A stretch of DNA of 19,462 bases from Candidatus Bathyarchaeota archaeon. GTDB taxonomy: Archaea; Thermoproteota; Bathyarchaeia; 40CM-2-53-6. The notes under the pieces were generated by a model that saw nothing but the letters and a program-made list of their open reading frames with translations, had not been told where the DNA came from and searched no databases. The stretch is taken from positions 1 to 19,462 of the forward strand of contig CAWHWX010000011.1 of NCBI GenBank assembly GCA_963833125.1, in the 5' to 3' direction. The position numbers were made by a program, and so were the translations under genes. Below, one piece after another: positions 1 to 7,589 of this stretch. Numbering within the stretch: the stretch's first letter is position 1; the number at the start of each line of letters is the position of its first letter.

Positions 1-559
1 CGCGGGCTCGGCGCACTCAAGATGCGGACTCTCGAAGTGATATGTTTCCTTATTCTCCGCCGCCGGTGGATTGATGGGGCAAACCCACCCCTCCTGCATA
101 TCACTGGAACCTGGGGCGTGGAGTAGCCGTAAGTATTGTTTGTTCCGTAGGGTTGTCTCCACTGTTGGTGGATGAGAGAACGTAAGGCCGAGCAGTCGCT
201 GAATCGGTGTGAGTTGTCTCGGGCGAGTCGATGTGTCTTGGATTCGCGAGTTAATGAGGCCGCCTTCGACCGACTAACCGCCTGTATATTCTACCATCTC
301 GGGGTAACTGACGGGATGTCCGGGAGTTTAGAGACGTACAAGGGATTGACTCCTGAACCTTTGAAGGATGCCGAATGGCGAACCACGCTGCGAAGCTACT
401 TACATTCCGAGTCGCGCACTACGGCAGCCACGCTCAAACGTAGAACCCGCAGCCCCGAATAATCGAACAGGAGTTCAGCGCGGCTGTCCATAGGACAAAA
501 ACGACAACGCAAAGCAAGCAAGTGAGAACAATCGATCGCAGTTTTTCGAGACTGAGGTG

Positions 560-611
560 TGGCGCCGGGAGAGGGAGCTGAACTAACGGTTCAACATACC
601 CACACCCACCA
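560..611. repeat. Back-to-back tRNA-3'-end-like element, copy A
   Basis: Minus strand 583->560 reads GTTCAGCTCCCTCTCCCGGCGCCA, 24 nt matching tRNA positions 53-76 with G73, Ser-like. Plus strand 588-611 reads GGTTCAA-catacccaca-CCCACCA. No tRNA 5' half is present. Confidence 0.7.
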
Positions 612-669
612 CGCACTTGTGCTGCTTTATAGGAAACAGAAGTTCAAGATCGGGTAACCATGAAACGAA

Positions 670-1851
670 TTGGTGGCCGTAGTTGAGGAAGGAGAGTCGT
701 TTTCTTCTAGACTCATCTTCAGGGCCTCTTTCACGCTTGCTCTCATAATCTTGCCAACACTTCATGGCTTCTTTGCAACAGCACAGGTGCGAGCGTGTAA
801 GATCTTGCCACTTTCAGCTTTCGTGGGGAGGATTCAACAGCCCGCAAGGTATTGCTATTGATTCATCTGGAAACGTATACGTAGCGGACCAAGGGAGCAA
901 TCGTGTTGAGAAGTTCACTGGAACAGGCACTTACATTACACAGTGGGGTTCGAGCGGGGTTGGCAATGGCCACTTCTACGACCCGTATGGTGTTGCTGTG
1001 AATTCATCGGGGAATGTGTACGTCACCGACTATCTAAACAACCGCGTTCAAGTCTTCACCAGAACGGGCACTTATGTTACTCAATTTGGTTCAGGCTCCG
1101 GTTATTATGGAGGGTTTACAGGCCCAACCGGTATTGCCATCGACTCGTCCGGAAATGTGTACGTAGTTGACTTCTACTACGACCTTGTTCAGAAATTCGA
1201 CGACTCAGGACATTTCCTTTTTGTTTTTTGGGGGAGTGGCTCCAGTAATCACCGATTTAATGGTCCGGAATCCGTTGCGGTCGATTTGTCAGGTAACGTG
1301 TACGTAACTGACGGAGGAAATGATGAAGTTGTGAAGTTTACCAGTAAAGGGATCTTCGTAACTTATTGGGGTGAGTCTGGCTCTGGTAACGGGGAATTCC
1401 ACCATCCTCAAGGGGTCGCCGTTGATGCCTCGGGGAACGTTTACGTGACCGATACTGGGAACAATCGTGTTGGTCTTCAATGGTTCGGGCAGTTACCTTG
1501 CTCGATGGGGTTCTGAAGTTAGGGAACGACGATTTCGCCAGCCCGCAGGGTATTGCGGTGAATTCTCTTGGAGACGTGTACGTAGCTGAATTGATGTCGA
1601 ATCGGGTAGTGAGGTTTAGCGACTTGCCTGCCACCACAACAATCTCGTTAACAACCTCATCAAAAAGCACAAGTGAGTTTGGCACAACATCACTGGTTTC
1701 TGTGGAATCAATGACGATAGCGGCTGTCGTGATCGTGTTCTTCGTCGTTATTGGCGTAATCTTCTTTGCCCTAAAGAGAAGAGCTCGTTGGGGATTCAAG
1801 GACAACTTCCCTTCTCGGCAGCTTGGTCCAAACGAATGCACAAGTCAATAG
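670..1851 (+). CDS. NHL-repeat (beta-propeller) cell-surface protein with signal peptide, Ser/Thr linker and C-terminal TM anchor; frameshifted
   Basis: About six repeats of F..P.GIAVDSSGNVYV.D..N.RV.KF in ORFs 764-1516 and 1480-1851. Hydrophobic N-terminus in ORF 670-861. C-terminal IAAVVIVFFVVIGVIFFALKRR. Frameshifts near 800 and 1475-1510. Confidence 0.9.
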
Positions 1852-2053
1852 CGAGTATGATTCGGGTAATAATCTTCCATGTGCGAAGAGTTAGACCTTT
1901 AGCGGAAACAAGGATACGGAGTGAGAGAATAGTGAGTAAAAGATAATTACAGAAGTCATCATAAAGCAGAGCAAGCTGGCAGCTTCCGTTGAGTGGATCC
2001 CCACAAACACAATGGAGTATTAATCTAGGCGAAGCATTGCTGGAGGAGCGTAA

Positions 2054-2221
2054 ACGGGAGAAACAGAGCCAACTATCTGCAAGATTTGCCATAAGAATCC
2101 GGCGGAATTTTCGGGCTATTGTGGCGATTGTTATTCGAAGCTAAAAAGTGATAAGAAAACGAAGAACGTCACGAAACAGAAGTTTTGGTTGTTTTCATTC
2201 TTCCATCTGTTTGATACTTAG
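2054..2221 (+). CDS. Small CxxC-x9-CxxC zinc-finger protein (55 aa); start codon reads ACG
   Basis: Translates as (M)GETEPTICKICHKNPAEFSGYCGDCYSKLKSDKKTKNVTKQKFWLFSFFHLFDT*. GGAGG at 2042-2046 lies 7 nt upstream, with TATA-like tattaat near 2018. Not in the ORF track. Confidence 0.55.
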   Translation, partial: TGETEPTICKICHKNPAEFSGYCGDCYSKLKSDKKTKNVTKQKFWLFSFFHLFDT

Positions 2222-2275
2222 ATTTGTGGACGAATCGCTTCCTTTGAGATATGCGAAGATTACTACTCCGACCTC

Positions 2276-3220
2276 TCACCTGGGGTTCTCTTCACTTTTC
2301 TCCGAAAAAGAAAAGCCGCAGTCGCAGCCACTATCACAGCCATGGCGGTCAGAAGAATTCGTTCTTTCTCCGCAGGCTTGATGGTTCAGCGCCGCTTCTT
2401 CCTGAGCGGTTTTCCATGCGTTGTACTGGTAGGCTACAAGCGCTAGACCCGCAGTTTCCCGAGTTTGCTTCCCTGTTTGAAGTCATATTGCCAAGGTAAA
2501 GGCTCGGATCCCACCATCTTCACGTTGAAACTGCCATATTCGAGCTTCAAGCTCCGGTCGGTAGGGTATAGTCTGGTTGAGTTTGTCGGCTGCATACATG
2601 AGCAGAGCCAGCTTGTAGATGCTGTAGAAACCATCTTGCTGCGTTGGCCAATCCCATAACCCCGCCCCATTCCACATCTGCAAGGCTTGGTTGAAGTAGT
2701 AGTCCGAGCGCCAGTAGTCGCCGGTGCTCTGCGCTTCAATGCTCCGTAACAAAGCAAATCCGCATAGCGAACCCAGTCTGGTTGAAACTTACCCGCCCCG
2801 TTACCTCTCGCTTCAGCCTGCACGAGGAACGAGTCGTTCTCGACAACCTTGACGATGGGTGTGTAGGGTGGGAATTGAATTACCATGCCGAATAGGGCTT
2901 CATGTAAACCATCCGTGAAAATTCCGTACTTCTGCATGGTTTGAATAATCCGCGCCGTTATGTTCGGGTAGTCTGCTGCTAGAACGTGCGTTGCGATGAG
3001 ATTGTCGGATAGAAGCCAGTAATGCTGTGTGAATGGCTTATCAGGGTGATTCCCTCACCAACCCCACAGTGCCGTTGAATTGTGCCGCCAAGAAATCTTC
3101 AAGCCTCAGAGCCAGTCTGCAAATCCGAGGGCGCTGAAGTCGCGCTGAGCCTGGGCTGGAGAATTATCAAAAGCAGCAGCAGTACGAATCCTGCCGTTTC
3201 CTACAGTACTCTCCACCCAT
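2276..3220 (-). CDS. Secreted, membrane-anchored hypothetical protein, possible (alpha/alpha) barrel / glycosidase-like fold; frameshifted
   Basis: Stitched frames give GFVLLLLLIILQP (signal), FNGTVGLVRESP, YWLLSDNLIA, YADLLCYGAL, MWNGAGLWD, YSIYKLALL, WQFQREDGGI and a C-terminal hydrophobic ILLTAMAVIVAATAAF. The fold assignment is inference. Confidence 0.7.
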
Positions 3221-3392
3221 TGGAAGTAAGCCTCGAAATAGTATACTACACCTTTGACCGTCAGCCGTTAATATCTCAATATTCGAGCAAGGATAATTCG
3301 CTGAAAGAAGAGTCAGTTTGCAATGTTGGAATTACACCGACATATGCAATATACTACGTAGAAATGGTCGCTCTTAGCGATGAAGTGTGTTG

Positions 3393-3829
3393 TGGAAGTG
3401 ACTTAGTGGGTAGGTTTGCTTTGGACTTACTCGCCAAGATAGGTTGATCCAGCATTCGTATGATGTCTGAAACCGCACTGACGAAAGGTGTCGTTACTCC
3501 CGGGGCGTAGCTTAGGACTACGACAAGTTTCTTGACTCTCAAGAATACCAGAGAGGACCTTCTCATACCTAACCGTCACTGAGTCCAACCCATCAAGAAC
3601 CCCTTGAAGCCTCTCCGCAGGCGTCGACGAGAATGGGCGGCATAAGTTGAATGAACCTGCGGTCGTCTTCCTCAGCAGATACGCTCTGGACTCCTTCTTT
3701 CATCTTCAAGAGGATCTATGAAACTGGTTGTCTACAATGCCTACGTACCGAAGCCTGTCGTCCCGCTTGAAGGCCTCCGACGCGAACTTCTCGGGAGCCA
3801 GCGGCGCCTTCAGTGACTGGAAGTGACTT
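3393..3829 (+). repeat. 12-bp direct repeat TGGAAGTGACTT (3393-3404 and 3818-3829) flanking a one-gene insert
   Basis: Exact 12-mer seen at both positions, 425 bp apart. Confidence 0.75.
3427..3812 (-). CDS. Roadblock/LC7-like (DUF6659-like) small protein; frameshifted
   Basis: Stitched: APEKFASEAFKRDDRLRYVGIVDNQFH..KMKEGVQSVSAEEDDRRFIQLMPPILVDA.ERLQGVLDGLDSVTVRYEKVL.VFLRVKKLVVVLSYAPGVTTPF. RYVGIVD and VRYEKV resemble this TACK family from memory. Confidence 0.7.
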
Positions 3830-4164
3830 CATTCAAGTCTTCATTTTTACAGGTTCGAGTTGCAGAAATCTCATGTCGGGATTATTCACCAACGCAGATG
3901 GTTCCGGGATTTACATGGTCACGCTACTTGGAGGGCTGAGTGCTGGCACATATGGCCCATGCGTCCGATCCTGCCTTGGGAGAGAAGAAGCAGCTGCGTC
4001 GACCCGCACAGTTGTCCCAGGTACACCTCCGCCTATCCGTGAATATCCGTTTGGACTATCAATTCTCACGATCCTCATCATAATTGGGTACGGTTTCGTT
4101 AAACACCAAAACACGAAACCATTCTAACAACTAGTCTTTCACATTATGGACTTGAACTCAATTA

Positions 4165-4215
4165 GGGTCAGAGTCGGAGCGATTTGAACCGAAAGGGTCA
4201 GGAATGAGTAAACCA
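4165..4215. repeat. Degenerate tRNA-3'-end-like element, copy D
   Basis: Minus strand 4190->4165 reads GGTTCAAATCGCTCCGACTCTGACCC. The plus strand follows with GGGTCAGGAATGAGTAAACCA, resembling the GTCAGAA arm variant. Confidence 0.45.
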
Positions 4216-4271
4216 GGTGTAATGAGATTTGCCGTCCACTCTTACTTAACGATAGATTCTGGAGCATTAAT

Positions 4272-4694
4272 CTACAAGGTTCTCATGCGGTTATTTTTCG
4301 GGTTATGTTCTACTTCTGCTAATCCTAATGCTTCCATTACGGGCGGCACATACATTCCAAATCGTCCCCGTCCCCTTTCTTCAAGCCATACCAACCACCA
4401 ACGGAGTTCTTGGGTGAACGTGCCCATGCCTCAACAGTTCCCTCCTCGCGGGCTTTTGTTCATCTGCGCTCCCTAGCTCCATCCAATCGCCATGTTTCTT
4501 GAGCATGGCTGGTAGGTCTTCTAGGCAGCGTAGATTGTAGCGAAGTTCTGTTGATCCGACTTTACACACCAAGGCAGGTGGAGTCAGTGTTTCGTCACGA
4601 TATGCGGTGAACTCTGATGTTCCTGGAGGTGTCTTGAGAACCCAGGGATTTTCATTCATCCGTTTCCTTTTGTCTTTGCTTTTGACATGGCCAT
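4272..4694 (-). CDS. DUF6855 family protein; frameshifted
   Basis: PWVLKTPPGTSEF, LGSADEQKPA, GTVEAWARSPKNSVGGWYGLKKG and RGRFGMYVPPVMEALGLAEVEHNPKNNRMR recovered across frames. Confidence 0.85.
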
Positions 4695-4742
4695 CGTGTC
4701 GAAACGTACCGTTAAAGAGGTTTCCCTGGACTCTCCAGCGTT

Positions 4743-4817
4743 CAGCGATGGGACAGGGGATTCTGACCCCAATTTACCGGTACATATAACCCGGTTCAAA
4801 TTTGGTTTTGCGCACCA
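4743..4817. repeat. Back-to-back tRNA-3'-end-like element, copy E
   Basis: Plus strand 4793-4817 reads GGTTCAA-atttggttttg-CGCACCA. Minus strand 4770->4745 reads GGGGTCAGAATCCCCTGTCCCATCGC (GGGG/CCCC T-stem, 7-nt loop, Ser-like acceptor strand). Confidence 0.7.
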
Positions 4818-4836
4818 GCCTAACCACACACGAAAG

Positions 4837-5670
4837 TTACGCCCGATATTCATTGAAGTCACATACTTGCTCGTACCCAACACGCTGATAGACGGTTAGA
4901 AATCGGATTCGCTAGGTTAGTAAATAGACAGCAGAACTGTTTCCCAGAATCAAGCATCAATTGACTTAAAGTCGCAACGCAAACAGTCGCGTAACCTTTC
5001 TGCCGCAGTTCGGGTGGAGTCTACACGAGACTAATCCTTACTCCGTGGCTAGTTGGACTGCCCCATGCAGCAATTGAGCACAAGCCCTTATCCTCCCAAA
5101 CATAGAGACGACGATCAGCCAGCAAAAGCTGAAACGTCTTCGATGCGTCTCCCTCCGTTTGTGGTTCTCCAATGTCAGCGTTGAAATTGTGAATCCAACG
5201 CACAAAATATTCGCATCACTGTTAGCTACTAAACGAATGCGACCGTTGACAGTTGGTGGAGGAATAACTTGTCGAAGCTGGTATAGTCGCAGCGAACGAT
5301 GTGCTCGAAAAGGCCGACCCGTTTTGTCCGTCCACAGTTCGTTGAAAGCTTGAGCCGTCTCAGTGGGTCCGTTCACGCCTGGAAGATGAATCTTCTTAGT
5401 CAGCATCTGATCTACAATTTCCACCAGGGCGTCTCTCTTAGCTCGGGTCAGAACAAGGTTGTGTGGAGGGGTCATCATGGCAGCTGCTTGCACCTTACCG
5501 TTCTCTTCTACGGTGATGAAGTACGGGGGCTGTTCGATTCGTTCGGGATGGGCTGCCAAAACCGAACTGATACCGAGTAGAAGAGTGTTCTCCGCTTCGA
5601 ATGCTTCCAAGAAAGTAGCGCACGTTGAAGGAATCTAGCAGGGTCACTGTCAAGATACAGCATTATTCAT
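4837..5670 (-). CDS. GNAT family N-acetyltransferase (two-domain type); frameshifted
   Basis: EAENTLLLG, LPGVNGP, GVRISLV.TPPELRQKGYATVCVATLSQ (acetyl-CoA motif A) and CCLFTNLANPISN..YQRVGY. Confidence 0.9.
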
Positions 5671-5746
5671 GGACCTTTCAGCCGAGTTACTGCGTTTTAA
5701 CGTAATCAGCGAATGAAGTTTTCGGTAATTGTGGGGGTGGTACCAC

Positions 5747-5808
5747 TGGTGCGCACACACACTTTCTGACGGCTTATGACGACGGTTCAAATTCAGTCGC
5801 ACGCACCA
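5747..5808. repeat. Back-to-back tRNA-3'-end-like element, copy B (perfect TGGTGCG/CGCACCA termini)
   Basis: TGGTGCG-cacacacact-TTCTGAC (24-nt left arm), 13-nt spacer, then GGTTCAA-attcagtcgca-CGCACCA. Followed by aactacggtcaagggctaacgc at 5826-5847. Confidence 0.75.
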
Positions 5809-5853
5809 CTAGAACCAACAACAAAAACTACGGTCAAGGGCTAACGCTAGCAA

Positions 5854-6084
5854 AACAAGGTGGAATGCATGAACGGAGAAATCCGCGATCGGAACGAGTA
5901 ATGCAAACCCTAGAGAAACCAGACACACCGATCCTTTTAGGTATGCAAATCTTCCACAACTACGTTCGACCACACGAGACTTTGAATGGTAAAGACTCCG
6001 AGCGAGGCTCCGGCAATCAACGTGGAGGCCGGAGATAAATGGCTAAGCTTGATTCGCAATGCTAGCCGTAAGGTTGCAAAATAA
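5854..6084 (+). mobile_element. C-terminal remnant of a DDE-type integrase/transposase (IS6-like archaeal group)
   Basis: Stitched NKVECMNGEIRDR.RVMQTLEKPDTPILLGMQIFHNYVRPHETLNGK.TPSEA..INVE.GDKWLSLIRNAS, with the typical HNxxRPHxxLxGxTP tail. No N-terminal or catalytic portion. Confidence 0.85.
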
Positions 6085-6126
6085 TAATTGGCTGGTAGAA
6101 TCCAGTGATACCAGTGTCGCTGCAGT

Positions 6127-6424
6127 TCATTCGTGTAGTTCGTCTAATCTGAATTCTGTCTTCTTCAAAACCTGGTCATAAGAGCGCTTGCTTCTGTTGT
6201 GCGCTTCTCTAGTTCAATTGAGTCTTGTTGCAGCTGAATGCGTTCGATTGGCCAAGAGCCATCCTGGAGGAAGTTTTTCGAATGCTTTTGTGAGCAGCAA
6301 GTCGCTCGCTCCTCGCGGATTCTAATTTCCAAATAATAACAGTAATAATGAAAGATGATATTGAAAAATAAAGAAGCGACAGAAAAATAATTTCTATTTC
6401 TAAACTGGTCAATTCAAGTCGCAT
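6127..6424 (-). CDS. Small single-TM hypothetical protein, AT-rich 5' end
   Basis: ORF 6209-6424 has an N-terminal TM (IIFLSLLYFSISSFIITVIIW). It probably continues after a frameshift to EAHNRSKRSYDQVLKKTEFRLDELHE*. Confidence 0.4.
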
Positions 6425-6535
6425 AATCTAAGGAAGTAGGATGGCAACTGTTATCTATGCTCAACGCAGCTACTAAAAGTGAAATTCGTTTGTCAGAGAG
6501 GGAATGGGCTAAAGAACGTGGGGAGAGCGTGGAGG

Positions 6536-6718
6536 GTGTCGCGAATAGAGTGCGCTTCGTTGAATCTTGGTGACTCACGTCAACAACATGTCAAGAACAA
6601 AGAGGACTTGGTAGTAATCGCTTCGATTCTGCACAAGCCAGTCATTAAGCATGAAAATAGGTACTACGTCTTAGATGACGCGATCACGTATACACACCGT
6701 CCGTTAAGCAAAGCTTAA
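6536..6718 (+). CDS. Small hypothetical protein
   Basis: Protein-like part of ORF 6479-6718 (VKNKEDLVVIASILHKPVIKHENRYYVLDDAITY). Purine-rich RBS-like sequence precedes a GTG at 6536; start uncertain. Confidence 0.45.
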   Translation: MSRIECASLNLGDSRQQHVKNKEDLVVIASILHKPVIKHENRYYVLDDAITYTHRPLSKA

Positions 6719-6798
6719 GACTGTTTTGAGTTGCCGGAATTCTGAATTATAGTTAGCCATTTATCTTTTCCTTGAACTTTGATGGCCGCGGCTTCTGT
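6715..6798 (-). mobile_element. Second, shorter C-terminal remnant of the same transposase family
   Basis: TEAAAIKVQGKDKWLTIIQNS aligns with SEA..INVE.GDKWLSLIRNA of the 5854-6084 remnant. Confidence 0.75.
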
Positions 6799-6812
6799 GT
6801 GTGTGGGTCTCA

Positions 6813-6918
6813 TGGTGCGAGCATCGGTGATTGAACCTTTGTTGTTAATCGTTTGAAAAGTGTGTGTGAGATTTTTGGTGCGCAAAAAAAGAACTACGGT
6901 ATGAGCTAACGCAGACCA
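6813..6918. repeat. tRNA-3'-end-like element copy C (inverted relative to B) plus adjacent partial copy C'
   Basis: Minus strand 6837->6813 reads GGTTCAA-tcaccgatgct-CGCACCA, preceded by cacacacacttttcaaac (B has cacacacactttctgac). Second TGGTGCG at 6876-6882. aactacggtatgagctaacgc at 6892-6912 matches 5826-5847. Confidence 0.7.
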
Positions 6919-7027
6919 TTCTCTGTGGGGTCTAAGGCAATGATTCAATCTCTAGTTCTGATACTTCGACACTTGCGATGATCGCCTTTCGTAGAGGGTT
7001 TCCCTAGACTAGACAATCACCCATTAC

Positions 7028-7114
7028 TTACCACATTCTCACGTAACCGCATTCGCATTCCTCTCCCTGTTTCAGCGATCTTTTCAAACATCGAGGACAA
7101 AGCTGCTCTCCCAA
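7028..7114 (-). CDS. 28-aa zinc-ribbon microprotein (CPxC...CxCG)
   Basis: TTG start, MGEQLCPRCLKRSLKQGEECECGYVRMW*. Below the ORF-track cutoff. Confidence 0.55.
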   Translation of the reverse strand: MGEQLCPRCLKRSLKQGEECECGYVRMW

Positions 7115-7125
7115 TTACAACTCAC

Positions 7126-7224
7126 TTACCCCGACGAGAGGCCGAAGTGACATTCACAAATTCTAGCCTCTTGCAGGCTGAGTTTCGCCTCGCAGCAGCC
7201 AGACGCCTTTATGGATTCGGACAC
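7126..7224 (-). CDS. 32-aa Cys-rich microprotein
   Basis: GTG start with GGGAG upstream, MSESIKASGCCEAKLSLQEARICECHFGLSSG*. Ends 11 nt before the next micro-ORF. Confidence 0.35.
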   Translation of the reverse strand: MSESIKASGCCEAKLSLQEARICECHFGLSSG

Positions 7225-7304
7225 TGTTGATCTCCCACGATCTCACGCCTAACCGACCATACCTATGAAGAACCATCCACCCCCACACTGTCAACAACAT
7301 GGGC

Positions 7305-7393
7305 TTAGTATACTAATGTTTGCTACTATTAGGTGAGCCGATAAGCGAGTTATGCCCTATGCTCCATGGGTTATGCTACCAAACGGGTAGCAT
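7305..7393. promoter_or_regulatory. Palindromic putative operator sites in a divergent intergenic region
   Basis: TTAGTATACTAA (7305-7316, perfect palindrome) and ATGCTACC-aaacg-GGTAGCAT (7373-7393), 4 nt before the ATG at 7398. Confidence 0.5.
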
Positions 7394-7397
7394 TAGA

Positions 7398-7589
7398 ATG
7401 CTTCAAGGCAAAGGGAAGTTCATCAATCGCAGAACAAGAACCGCCAGCAAAGACTACGACCGATTCTTCATTTATGTTCCAGTTGAAGTGGCTAGAGACA
7501 GCGCCTTTCCTTTCAAAGCCAATGACCTTGTAACTATAAAAGTAGACAAGGGAAAGAACAGACTGACAGTAGAGAAATCAAGAGGATAG
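7398..7589 (+). CDS. AbrB/MazE/SpoVT-like swapped-hairpin DNA-binding protein
   Basis: 63 aa containing YDRFFIYVPVEVARDSAFPFKANDLVTIKVD..NRLTVEK, the IxIPxxxxxxxxxxxGDxVxI pattern. Confidence 0.75.
   Translation: MLQGKGKFINRRTRTASKDYDRFFIYVPVEVARDSAFPFKANDLVTIKVDKGKNRLTVEKSRG

Larger units (their letters stand above)
3301..4127 (+). pseudogene. Split gene for a small secreted protein with a PEF-CTERM-like (IxEYP + TM + basic tail) sorting signal
   Basis: 5' part ...VGITPTYAIYYVEMVALSDEVCCGSD ends at 3404. 3' part GSDFIQVFIFTGSSC...PPPIREYPFGLSILTILIIIGYGFVKH spans 3819-4127. The two join in frame across a 12-bp direct repeat. Confidence 0.55.

Noticed and set aside
1-462. ORF 172-462 (+) and open minus-strand frames running off the left edge
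   Set aside because: No recognisable motif; I cannot decide which frame, if any, is coding.
764-1620. DNA-level repeats such as ggaaacgtatacgt / ggtaacgtgtacgt
   Set aside because: Explained by the NHL protein repeats (GNVYV).
560-6918. tRNA-like segments as real or split tRNA genes
   Set aside because: Only positions ~52-76 are recognisable. There are no D or anticodon arms, and T-stem pairing is mostly lost.
560-6918. Classical integron attC sites or a CRISPR array
   Set aside because: No consistent RYYYAAC...GTTRRRY ends, mixed orientation, no regular repeat-spacer period, and no intI or cas gene in the window.
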